Source of the DNA: Leucoraja erinacea
Lineage: Eukaryota
Assembly (NCBI RefSeq): GCF_028641065.1
Contig: NC_073396.1
Coordinates: forward strand, 20,274,001 to 20,338,000
Direction of reading: 5' to 3'
Length of the DNA stretch: 64,000 nucleotides
Shown piece after piece: positions 22,100 to 33,774 of the stretch. The notes below the pieces were generated by a model that did not search any database, had not been told where the DNA came from, and was given only the letters and a program-made list of their open reading frames with translations. The position numbers and the translations under genes are program-made. How positions within the stretch are numbered: position 1 is the stretch's first letter; every line of letters begins with the position of its first letter.

Positions 22100-22965
22100 A
22101 GAGGGTGATGGTGAAAGGTTGTTTTTCAGGCTGGAGATCTGTGAGTAGTGTGTGTCTCAGGGATCAGTACTGGGGCCCATTGCTGTTTATGGTTTATATC
22201 AATGATTTGGATGTGAATGTACAAGGTACAATTGGTAAGTTTGCACATAACACTAAAACAGGTAGTATCATAAACTATGAATGTCCAAGCAAGCGGTGTT
22301 GCACTTTAGGTGGTCAAATACTAGGAGAAATTATACAATTAATTGTCCTTAACATTATTGATGTACAGATTAATATTGGGGTCCAAGTCTATAAGATACA
22401 AGATAATTGAAAGTAGCAACACAAGTAGACCGATTGGTAAAGCACATGGTATGCTTGCCTTCATCGGACAGGGCATTGAATATAAGGGGGGGGGGGGGGG
22501 GGGTAACCGTGTAGTCATGATTTATTGGACTTTAGTTAGGCCGCGTTTTGAATATTGTACAGTTCTAGTCATCCTGCTATTGGAAAATATTAATATGGAA
22601 AGGCTGCAGAAAAGATTTACAAGGATGTTGCCAGGGCCTGAGCTTTTGGGGGAGGTTGAGCAGGCTGGGACCTTGGAGGATAAGGGGTGATCCAGAGGAG
22701 TATAAAATCATGAGAGGAATAGATCGGGTAGATGCACAGCGCCCCTTGACCAAATTAGGGGAATCAAGAACGAGAGGACATAGGTGAGGAGGAGAAGAGA
22801 TTGAATAGGAACCTGAGGGGCAACTTTTTCCACACAGGCCTATGGCCGGAGGAGATAGGTGAGGCAGGGATCATCATTTGGCCAGGTACGTGGACATAAA
22901 GGGTTTGGAAGGATATGGGCCAAACCCAGGCAGGTGGGACTAGTGTAGATGGGACATGTTGATCG
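22100..22965 (+). mobile_element. CR1 LINE RT fragment, decayed
   Basis: GPLLFMVYINDLD...IGKFA, LVRPRFEYC, MERLQKRFTRMLPG. Confidence 0.85.
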
Positions 22966-23149
22966 GCATAAGTTTAAGGAGCAGAATTAGGCCATTCGGC
23001 CCATCGAGTCTCCTCTGCCATTCAATCATGGCGAATCTATCTTTCCTTCCTAACCCTATTCTCCTGCCTTTTCCCCATAACCCTGTACATCATGGTAGTC
23101 ACCATGGGCGGGATGGACAGTACTGTTCTGTGTTTTTGCAGCCTGCTCT

Positions 23150-23440
23150 AGGGGACCACGTTGCCGCCCTGGGCCCCGGCACAGCACCGGCCTCTCCCGC
23201 AGCGCGGAGCCGGAACACGCGGCCGACCCGTGCCGCGACCACCCCCGCTCCCAGCGCCCTCACCATCCTCTCCGCGATCCGGCCCGATACCGCTGTGCCG
23301 CCGCTTCACCGAGGAAGAGCCGCTGCCGTCTAACCAAAGATCTAACCGCGCACGGGGAAGGAGGTGCCGGACAAGAGAGCACTTCCGATACCGCAGCCCC
23401 GGGTGGCGTCACGCAGCGTCTCCTCCGGCGGCCGTCAGCA
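23150..23440 (-). promoter_or_regulatory. SNU13 CpG-island promoter
   Basis: CpG-rich; minus-strand CTCTTCCTC (23311-23319, TCT/TOP-like), ETS site CGGAAGTG (23380-23387), CRE-like TGGCGTCA (23404-23411). Confidence 0.65.
23264..23266 (-). CDS. SNU13: SNU13 coding exon 1 (ATG only)
   Basis: GAGAGGATG|GTGAGG inside the CpG island; 3+121+263 = 387 nt gives 128 aa, the known SNU13 length. Confidence 0.75.
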
Positions 23441-24242
23441 ACTGCAGCCCCCTATTCCAACCCCAACCTGGGACAGGAGCCAAGTGTCGCTGCTGCTGGA
23501 AACATCTTAATCAAAGATCTTATAGCTCCGTCTTAATGGATAGTCGGACAATGCAATCTGACCTGCAGTGATGTGGGGAGATGGCAGGAAAAAAATGTTC
23601 AAGGAAGATCAGTGATGATCTTGTTGAATGGTAACCCACTCCTTCAGAATAAAATGATGTACCTTTAGAAAGGATATGAGGATAAACTAAAATAAATCAT
23701 TATTCACTGTGATTACATATTCCGTTGTGCTGCAGCAAGTAAGAATTTAATTGTTCCATCTGGGGCATATGACAATAAAACACTCTTGACTTGAGGTGAA
23801 ATTTCTTTAGTCAGAGGGTGGTAAATCTGTGGAATTCTTTGCCACTGAAAGCTGTGCAGGGCAAGTAATTTGATATGTTCAAGGCAGAGGTAGATAGATT
23901 CTTGATTAGTACGGGTGTCAGGGGTATGGGGGAGAAGACAGGAAAATGGGTTTGAGAGGGAGAGACAGATCAGCCATGATTGAATGGCGTAGACTTGATG
24001 GGCCGAATGGTCTAATTCTGCTCCTATAATTTATGAACACACCTGCTATTTCAATGTCCTTACATTGAGTCTTTCTATTTCTCTTTATATGGAGATTCAT
24101 TAAAGCATAGATTAGTTCACAATAGAACAATTATACACTACTGTACTTGATGGAAGTGGGAAGATCTCTTGGAGCTGCTCTGCAGACATATTGAGCAAAG
24201 ATCCTGTAGGATCTTTGATATTGAGTGTCCTAACCAGATGTC

Positions 24243-24457
24243 TCGCCATATTGTGTGTATCCCGAACACGATTCTCCGCCATATTGAGTGTGTCCCGGAA
24301 CCGCCGGGCCGCCATATTGAGTGTGTCCCGGGACCGCCGGGCCGCCATATTGAGTGTGTCCCGGAACCGCCGGGCCGCCATATTGAGTGTGCCCCGGAAC
24401 CGCCGGGCCGCCATATTGAGTGTGTCCCGGAACCGCCGGGCCGCCATATTGAGTGTG
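24243..24457 (+). repeat. 33-bp tandem repeat upstream of UQCRC2
   Basis: Unit CCGCCATATTGAGTGTGTCCCGGAACCGCCGGG starts at 24276, 24309, 24342, 24375, 24408, partial at 24441, degenerate at 24243. Confidence 0.95.
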
Positions 24458-24493
24458 CACTGGGCACTGTGGCAGCGGACAGGCACGGAGACG

Positions 24494-24538
24494 ATGCGGT
24501 CGGTACGGAGGGTGAACGCTGCGCTGACAAACCTCACC
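24494..24538 (+). CDS. UQCRC2: UQCRC2 exon 1 (mitochondrial presequence)
   Basis: acgATG in CpG island; MRSVRRVNAALTNLT, Arg-rich with no acidic residues; phase-0 donor GTGAGT. Confidence 0.8.
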
Positions 24539-26388
24539 GTGAGTGTCCGCACCTTGGGGCGGGCGGTTGCCATCGCGCGGCGCCCGTGCTTTCGGGCCGC
24601 AGGCGGAGGAGAGACCGGTGACCCGGCACCGTGATCTAGGCCTGTGCCCGCCCGCCGCCGAGCACAGGATGGGTCTGCACTGCCATGACGCTGGAGCAGG
24701 CTCTCCTTCACGGCCGGCTGCTCGGCCCAGCGGGAGCCCTGGCTTGGGATAGCACCTAGCCTCTGCTTGCCGACTGAAGGTCATCGGCCCGCAGGCCGCG
24801 GCCGCCTCCAGCAGCTGCCGGCCCAACCTGTCCTTCACACTGACATTGCAGAGGTGCCCTCCCGTGGTTGTTATTCCTCTATGTACACCATATAAACTGT
24901 GATCGCAGGTGATCAGTTGAAGATTTGGTTCTTCCAAACCAAATGATAAAAATGTCATCGTTCTATCTGGGAGATATGACAATAAAACACCCTCGACTCT
25001 TGAAATGCAGACATGATATACCCTAGATGCTGCAATCTGAAGCAACAAACTGTCTCGACCGTTCGTCTGCATCCCCAGACGCTGCTCGACCCGCTGACTT
25101 CCCCCAGCAGCTCTTCTTTTTTGCTCTAGTTTCTTGTGCTTCTCCCTTCCTTGTGCCTGGCCGTATCTCGCTCCGTGTCCGTGTCGGAGGGGAGGGGGTG
25201 CAGGATGGGTGCAGGATTGTCGGAGGGGAGTGGGTGCAGGATTTTCTGGAGCTTCTTCCTAATGGCAATATTTTGTATGTTCAAAGTTAATAAGGAAGAC
25301 TAGGCAGGAATATGAAAATGATCACCTGCAGCTGAGACAAATAAAGATGGTTTGTGTGGAATTTGGTAAAATAATAGCAATATGAAGACGCCATGACCAA
25401 AGCAAAGATACTAGAGCGGAGACGGAAGCCGGTTACGGAAATGGTGCTAAAGATTACCCATGACCTACTACGACTTTTTCGTCGAGTGGACTATCTAGGA
25501 TCTTTGTGCTCTTCCATACCTCTAGTTTTCCCTCTCCCGTCTCAGTCTGAAGAAGGGTTTCGACCCGAAACGTCACCCATTTCTTCTCTCCAGCGATGCT
25601 GCTTGTCCCGCTGAGTTACTCCAGCATTTTGTGTCTATCTTTAGTGTGAACCAGCATCTGTAGTTTCTTCATACACACTGTAGTTATTTACCTCATTTAT
25701 GCCCCTCATGATTTCATACACCTCTATAAGGTCGCCTGCACGCCAGGGAGAAATGTCCTAGCCTATCCAGCCTCTTCTCTACACAAACAGTTGAGGCAAC
25801 CTCTTCATAAATCTTTTATAGCATTCTTTCCCATTTTATGACTTCCTTCCTATATCGAGGTGTTGGTATTTATTATTGTCACATATACCAGGAAACAATA
25901 GAAAATCTTTGTTTTGCGTGCTCACGGAAAATCTTACTATACATGTGTATAATCAAGGTGGTGTAAAAGAGAGAGACACCGAGTGTAGAACATAGTGTTA
26001 CAGCTACAGATAAAGTGAAGATTTTAAAGCCTGCCACGTTGATTGGGAGATCAGAATCAGATTACAGCAGGAAAGAAGTTTGGGTGAAAATTATTTTCCT
26101 CACCAATCTGTTAATTATCCTCAACGACGGTGTTTTAGATATTTAGTCTTAGTTACAGTCTAAGTAGGAATATATGATTTAATTTAGAGATACGGTGTGG
26201 AAACAGGCCATTTGGCCCACCGTGTCCGTGCAGACCAGCGGTCACCCGTTCACACTAGTTCTATCCTGGACACTAGGGACAGTTTACAGAAGCCAATTAA
26301 CCTACAAACCTACATGTTTTGGGGATGTGGGAGGAAACCTTTCAGGGGCCCTCAATCCATGCTGACTCTTGTGAATTTTTTATTTCAG

Positions 26389-26472
26389 GCAGCGAGGTTT
26401 TACTCTGCCAGACTCGCGCCCAGGAGTGAGTTTGCAGCGGATGTGGAGAAACTCCCACCTCAGGAGCCAGAG
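26389..26472 (+). CDS. UQCRC2: UQCRC2 exon 2
   Basis: TTTCAG|GCA; AARFYSARLAPRSEFAADVEKLPPQEPE; 84 nt; donor GTCAGT. Confidence 0.88.
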
Positions 26473-27786
26473 GTCAGTGATCACAGGCGCAGCTGAAGTG
26501 TGCTTACCCCATTCTTGAAGGTGTGCCCACGTGGAACAGATTGTCTGAAGGCCATGGGTTTATGTAGCAGTGTGCCAGGCACCACTGAGCCTGCACCTCC
26601 TCTTACTGCTGTCTAAATCATTCATTCAGCAAGCTGTGCATGACTTGAATATATGCACCATTTTAAATGCTGTAATTGGGATCTGAGTATGGATGGTCTG
26701 GGCTTCTCAGTGTGTCAGTTCACTGACCAGGTCAGTAACTGTGGGTGTATCTGTTGGCAGCCCTGATTTGTCCTGGTCTTTTCTTGTTTCCAGTCCCCCC
26801 CCAAACAATCGGTCGGAAGAAGGGTCCCGACCCTAAACGTCACCTATTCATTTTCTCCAGAGACGCTGCCTGTTACTCCAGCAATTGTGCCTAAAGTGGA
26901 GATTGACAGGCTCTTGATTAGTAAGGGTGTCATTAAGGTTATGGAGATAAGGCAGGAGAATGGGGTTGAGAGGGAAAGACAGATCAGCCATGATTTAATG
27001 GCAGAATAGACGATGAGCCAAACTGTGACCTGTTGACCGGAAAGTTTAACTCGGCAGCTTAGCTTGGTACGTACATGTTGTTTGATCATTGGGAAAACTT
27101 CAGAGACGCAAGGAACTGCTGGAATCCTGAGCAGAATAAAAGAGTGAGTGCTGGAGTAACTCAGCATGGAAAAGTTGTTTGTGCTTGTTTGTGGACACAA
27201 GGAATTGCAGAATGTGGAATCTTGCATAGAAAACAAAGTGCTGGAGTAACTCAGCGGATCATGCAGCATCTATGGACGACATTCATGGCGACGTTCTGGG
27301 TCAGGACCTTGTCTCTGAAGAAGAGTCCCGACCCAAAAAATTGCCTATCCATTCCATTCTCAGTATTGTACTGTAACAGTCCCAGAGAGAAAGTCCAATG
27401 TTGGCAGTGACGTATGTCGGAAAATCGGACTGTACCCTAGCTTATGGATGGACTGTGCAGAAGCCTGACAACAGAGAGGAAGAAGCTGTTCCTGAGTCTG
27501 CTGGTGCTGGACAGGAGCGGGGTGAAGAGAGAATGACCAGAGTGGTTCTTCATTATAATAGTTACTTTCACGAGGCAGCATAAAGTGTAGATGGAGTCAA
27601 TGATGGAGTTGGGGTATCTGGTATGTGTGGCGGAATAAGTTTACGATTCTGCATGCATTTTCTTGCAGAAATAAAAGATGCAACTAAAAATCATGACAAT
27701 GATTTTAAAGAAATATATAGGATATAGCATTCAGCATTTCATATGGATAATGGCGTCTTTATGTTAATTAAATGTTTCTCTTGCAG

Positions 27787-27936
27787 GTATCCAAGTTGTC
27801 AAATGGATTGGTGATTGCCTCCCTGGAGAATTACTCACCGACCTCGAAAATTGGTGTCTTCATAAAGGCGGGCAGCAGATATGAGAGCACCAGTAACTTG
27901 GGCATCACTCACGCCCTGCGCCTGGCAGCCAACCTG
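27787..27936 (+). CDS. UQCRC2: UQCRC2 exon 3
   Basis: [50 protein letters not shown]; 150 nt. Confidence 0.97.
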
Positions 27937-28019
27937 GTCAGTGGAGACTTTCAGAAAACCTAGTCGGGAAAATCTCTGCACCTCCTTCAAAATGCCTTTC
28001 AGCTTTGTCTTTGACTGAT

Positions 28020-28330
28020 GGAAAGATATAACATGGAACCAGGCCCTTCGGTCCACCAAGTCCAGGCTGACCATCAATCACCTGTTTACACTAGTTTTAT
28101 ATTATCCCACTTCCTCATCCACCCCACAAACACTTGGGGAAATTTACATCGGCCAACTAATCTACAAACCCACACATCTTTGAGATGTGGAAGGAAACCA
28201 GAGCGCTCCGGAGAAAACCCATGTGGTCACAGGGAGAACATGCAGACTCCGCACAGACAGCACCCGAGGTCAGAATCGAACTTGGGTCTCTGGCGCTGTG
28301 AGGCAGCAGCTCTACTAACTGCGCCACTGT
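28020..28330 (-). mobile_element. tRNA-derived SINE (HE1/V-SINE type)
   Basis: Near full-length copy. Confidence 0.8.
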
Positions 28331-29299
28331 GCTTATTCCATATGCTTTAAATAACAGGGTTTTAATTAAGAGGTAGTTGAGTCCGGTGCTATAACAGCAT
28401 TTGAAAGGCACCTGGACAAGGATGGGAAAGGTTTAGTGGGATATGAGCCAAACCCAGGCAGATGGGACGAGCTTAAATGGGCATCATTTTCGGCATGGAC
28501 GAGATGGGCTGAGGGGCTCCGGTTTCCTCCCACATCCTAATGTAGGTTAATTGGCCTCCGTAAATTGCTCCGAGTGTGTAGGGAGTGGATGTAAAAATGG
28601 GATAACATAGGACAAGCGTGAATGGCTGATCAATGGTTGGTGTGGATTTGATGTTTCCATGCTGTTTCTTTCAGTCAATTAATTCAATTGAAAACCCATT
28701 CATTGGTCGGTTAATTTAAATAACCTCTTGTGTGTAGGTAGTGGTAGAATGTAGAGAAATTTGATGGGAATTTACCGATGATAAAATTGAATTAGTGTGG
28801 GGTTATTTGAAGGATAGGCACGGTGGACTGAAGGGTATGCTTCCATCCTGTCTCATTCTAACTATATTAGGCAGCATATGCAAATAGAAGAAAATCTTTC
28901 ACTTTCTGTTTTTTATTAAGAATTTTGTCATCTGCAGATCTCGTTTTGGTCAATAGATTCTTTTTACAACAGTCAAACTCTTTGATGTCAAACCCATTGC
29001 CTCCCAAGTTTTTTTCCTCTCAAATTTATCACTTGAAGTAGTTTCCATGTCCAATATTTGATCGACATGCAGAGTGATTATTGTTTTTTACGTGTATACG
29101 ACGGTTGAAATAATTGAACAATTGGCTGGAGCAAAAGTCTTTTAGTGGCTGATAAAAAATGACAAAGCAACACATGGCATTTTTTAAAGAGATTCATTTT
29201 GTAGCATCTTAGGGGGCGAAAAAACAAAGTTGTTTGCATCTTTATTGAAAAGTTCAGAGTTCTCCTTGAAGTTAATTGACATCCTGTTCTGAGTTACAG

Positions 29300-29364
29300 A
29301 CCACAAAGGGAGTTTCATCATTCAAAATAACCCGTGGCATAGAAGCTGTTGGTGGCAGCCTGAG
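29300..29364 (+). CDS. UQCRC2: UQCRC2 exon 4
   Basis: TTKGVSSFKITRGIEAVGGSL; 65 nt; AG|GTGAGT. Confidence 0.96.
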
Positions 29365-30173
29365 GTGAGTCTGCTCCACACGCTCTCTCTCTCTCCCCGT
29401 TTGCCATCCTTGCAACCCAGACCATCGCACAAACCAACCTCCCTTCCATTGTCTCCATTTACACCACTTTGCATCGGCAAGGCATAATCAAGGACCAGTC
29501 TCACCCTGGATACTCCCTCTTTTCCCCTTTCCCATCAGACAAGACGTACAGAAGTGTGAAAGCACACACCTCCAGATTCAGGGACAGCTTCTAATCAGCT
29601 GTTATCAGGCAACTGAACCATCCTATCATCAACTAGAGAGCAGTCCTGACCTACCATCTACATCATTGCAAATCCTTGGACTTTACTGGACTGTATCTTG
29701 CACTAAACGTTATTCCCTTTATCCTGTATCTGTATACTGTGGGCGGTTTGATTGTAATCATGTATAGTCTTTCTGCTGATTGGTCAGCACACAAGAAAAA
29801 AGCTTTTCCCTGTACCTCGGTACACGTAACAATAAACTAAGCATCAGTACCGGAGGGAACTACCTGTAACTGGGGCAACTCAATGTTGGGCAGCATCTCT
29901 GAGTGCCGCACCTTGTGGTTCGAGCTGGACACACAATGCACCTCACTCCAAAGCAGAGTATTGTGTTTTATTCTAGAAACTCTGGCTGTTCCTAGAGTGT
30001 CAGTCACCGAACTGCACCACTGGAGGTAACATCTTTCAGATGCACTGTCAGATCAAGGCTCTGTCGTCTTCTATGCATTTAATAGATTAAAGGAGATGTG
30101 CGAGGTAACTTTTGTACAAAGAGAGTCGTGGCTGCCTCGAACGCGATGCCTGGGGTGGTGGTGGATGCAGACA

Positions 30174-31050
30174 TATTGCCCTCCAAAATGTTTGGGACAA
30201 AGACCCATGATTTATTTATTTGCCTTTGTACTCCACAATTTGAGATTTATAATAGAAAAAATCAGATGCGGTTAAAGTGCACATTGTCAGATTCTATTAA
30301 AGGATATTTTTATACATTTTGGTTTAATCATGTAGAAATTACAGCTGTGTTTATGTACAGCTTACGTACAGTTTATGCACCCCCCATTTCAGGGCACCAT
30401 AATGTTTGGGACATGGCTTCACAGGTGTTTGTAATTGCTCAGGTGTGTTCAACTGCCTCCTTAATGTAGGTATAAGAGAACTCTAGCACCTAGTCTGCAT
30501 CCTGGGGACATGAACATTGAATTCTCCCAATTTTGTTAGCCCTTGCTGTCTCCTCCCCTTCCTCAGCCCTCGGGCTGTCTCCTCCCATCCCTCAGCCTTC
30601 GGCTCCTCCTCCTTTTTCCTTTCTTCTCCCCGCCCCCCACCTCCCATCAGTCTGAAGAAGGGTTTTGGCCCGAAACGTTGCCTATTTCCTTCGCTCCATA
30701 GATGCTGCTGCAACCGCTGAGTTTCTCCAGCATTTTTGTGTACCTTTGATTTTCCAGCATCTGCAGTTCCTTCTTAAACACGAAATACTAAACATGACTA
30801 CTTTCATCTACATGACATTGCTGTGTCCCAAACATAATGGTGCCCTGAAATGGGGGGGGACTATGTATAAACACTGCTGTAATTTCTGCATGGTGAAACT
30901 AAAATGTATAAAAATGGCCTTTATTAAAATCTGACAATGTGCACTTTAACCACATGTGATTTTTTTTTCTATTAGAAAACTCAAATTGAGGAGAACAAAG
31001 GCACATAAATAAATGATGGGTCTTTGTCCCAAACATTATGGATGGTACTG
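30174..31050. mobile_element. Tc1-family non-autonomous element (IR/DR TIRs) with a Penelope fragment at about 30494-30780
   Basis: TIRs of about 230 bp with ATGTTTGGGACA repeats at both ends, matching the 36974-39069 element; ends ...ACTG|TA. Confidence 0.85.
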
Positions 31051-31785
31051 TACAGTAGACGTAGAGAGTGTTTAAGAGACCTGGATAGGCATATGGATAT
31101 GGAGAGAGATAGATTATGTACAGGTAGATAAGAGATGTCTTGGCATCATGTTCGGCACAGACATTGTGGGGCAAAGGGCATGTTCTTGTGCTGTCCTGTT
31201 CTATGTTCTAAGACCTCAAGCATTATTCAATCCAAACCATCCTCATTCCTCAGTCGGAGTCAGTGGATTACTACTAATACTATGTTATTCCTGTATTGTA
31301 ATAGTGTAGTAGTGTCACATTGGCATTGAGATTTTGAGAGATTGTGAGGAATAATCTATATAAAATCAGACTGTGTACAGACCAGAATTGGGACAGAATC
31401 GTCTACAGTGCATTATATTTTCAAAGTTCTTTGTTATTCCTCAGCCAAGTGTAATTTTCCAGTTGTGGAAATTGTGGAAGTTGTATTGCAGTTTTATAGG
31501 ACTTTGGTTCAGCTGCATTTGAAGTATTGTGGGGTAAAAGTTTAAAGGAGATGTGCAGGGCAAGTTCTCTTATATGGAAGGCACTTGTGTTTGTGGAAAC
31601 GCCACTGAGCTACTGCTGATATCAGTTAATTGCTTGGTGAAGTGGATAGGAAGGGTATCAAGGGAAATGGGCCAAACACAGCCAAGTGGGACTAGTTCAA
31701 TATACCAGCTTGGTGGGCATGGAAATGGTGGGCCGAAGGGCCTGCTTCAATGAATCTAAATGACCGATCTTTTCTGCTTTTGCAG

Positions 31786-31842
31786 TGTGACATCGACAAG
31801 AGAAAACATGATCTACACGGTGGAATGTATGCGAGACTATGT
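31786..31842 (+). CDS. UQCRC2: UQCRC2 exon 5
   Basis: VTSTRENMIYTVECMRDY; 57 nt. Confidence 0.96.
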
Positions 31843-32834
31843 GTGAGTATTGGACCACTGTATCTTACATCACATCAACCCTGCTGGAGGTTGGGAGTTT
31901 ACTCAAACGTTCGTCTGTTGGAGGAAAGGGCCAGAGCAGTCAGTCCCTTGAACCCACTCCACCATTCGGCTACTTTCTACCTGGTTTCTATTCTCTTATC
32001 TTGGATTATGTTTTTTTTATATCTTTGTTTAGCTAAACTCTATTGAGCTCGGGTTTAGAATTATTAATTGGTCTGTCATCTGCTTTATTTTTGCTGTACC
32101 AATTTTTATGAAGCATTCATTTGTTACTGTTAGCTTAACTGGGTGGTGTTGATTTGTTTGGATCTGCTGCATTTGTAGTATTTATTACATACAGTTCTGG
32201 TCGCCCCATTACAGAGCGGATGTAGGGGCTTCAGAAAAAATCTTGGAACGTGTAAAATAAATTTATCAAAATGCTGCCTGGATTAGAGGATATTAACAAC
32301 TACACAAAAAAGTTGAACAAATTTATATTATTATATCCAGGACATCGGAGGTTGAGGGGGGAGACCTAATGGAAATATATAATATTATGAGAGTCATCGA
32401 TAGGGTCCCTTTGGGCCCCTCACGTGCAGCGGTGATGGGTTGTAAATAGCGCGCACGGTAATCTGTCACACCAAGCCTTTGTGACAACTGCTTTCAACTC
32501 CCATCTGTGTCTCTGGTTTAATTATTTAATCTTCTCTCTTGTTCTCTGAAACCCGAGATGTTTCCTTGTGTTAATTCTTCATAATTTCCTCTGCCTGCTC
32601 GTGAGCCATATACCTCCATTCCCTGCATGTCCATGTTCATATTCGAGCCTCTTAAACAACACTATGGTATCCTCTTCCACCATACCACAAGCAGCGAGTT
32701 CCAGGCACTCACCACTCACTCTGTAAATACTTGCCGTCCTTTTCACAATGTACATGCAAATTGTTGTGGGCTTCTAACCATTGTCTCTCTCTCTCTCTCT
32801 CTTCCCCCCCCCCCCCCCCCCTCCCCCTCCCCAG

Positions 32835-32959
32835 TGACACAGTGATGGAGTATTTGATCAACGTCACTGCGGCCCAGGAGTTCAGGCCATGGGAACTATC
32901 AGAACTCCCTACAAAACTGAGACTGGACAATGCTGTAGCCTCTCAGAACACACAGTTAG
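32835..32959 (+). CDS. UQCRC2: UQCRC2 exon 6
   Basis: DTVMEYLINVTAAQEFRPWELSELPTKLRLDNAVASQNTQL; 125 nt. Confidence 0.96.
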
Positions 32960-33519
32960 GTGAGAGTCGATTGCCCGGATTGGACGATAGTAAAGCAACT
33001 GGGTGGCAATGTGATCTTTGAAACGCTGAGGTGCTGGTCCCGAGATCACCACTCTTTAACACCACTGGCAGCTGCACTTTGTAACAGCTTGGAGCAGGGT
33101 CACTGCAGACTGATGCATTCACTTGGAGTTCACTAAGGGATGCCCTCATCGTTCATTTCGTGGCCATTTCCTTCTCAGGTTTCTGCAAGTAAAAATTTAA
33201 TTATTCCCTAAGTTGCTGGAGTAGCTCAGCGGGTCAGGCAACATCTCTGCTGAAAAGGAATAGGCGTTGTTTTGGGTTGGAAACCTCCTTCTTGTCAGTA
33301 TAAATCACAGTTAAACACTCTTGACTCTCTCTTGACTCTGTTAATGTAATTTGGAGGCTTCACATACAAGTGATTCTTCACAAATCCACTGGGTGGCCCT
33401 GTAAGCTGGAAACTGCGAAGATCTTCAAACGGACACAAAACACTTATCTCTAGTATAATGGCACAGCTGGTAGAGGAGTTGTCTCACTATCGATCACCCT
33501 TTCACATGTTCTGTCAGGT

Positions 33520-33774
33520 TAGGGACCCCCCCCCCGCCAAGGGTACCATGTAATCCTCTGCTACCTGCTCCATGGTCGGATAGAGGGTGACTAACCCGTC
33601 TACCCTGGTTTGCCAGGTGAGGAGGGGGCTGGGGACCCCCAGTAGGACCAAAAACAAGACCTGTCAAAGGGCGGATGAACCAACGGCCATCCACATTTCA
33701 GCAGAAGTTGCGATCGCTGTCGTACACAGCATTGTAAGGTACCGTGCCCGTTGATGTTTTCAATGATGATGATG
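33520..33774 (+). mobile_element. Short retroposon with (TGA)n tail inserted in a HE1-type SINE
   Basis: Interrupts a minus-strand SINE; ends AATGATGATGATG; GGTTA on both flanks. Confidence 0.5.

Noticed and set aside
24243-24457. 33-bp repeat as a CRISPR array
   Set aside because: Units are contiguous with no unique spacers, there are no cas genes, and the context is eukaryotic.
24112-25072. Long ORFs with 11-aa repeats on both strands
   Set aside because: By-products of a stop-free 33-bp repeat in a CpG island; the real coding part is the 45-nt UQCRC2 exon 1.
27912-27930. Missing HXXEH zinc motif in UQCRC2 (HALRL)
   Set aside because: Normal for core protein 2, a non-catalytic M16 peptidase homologue.
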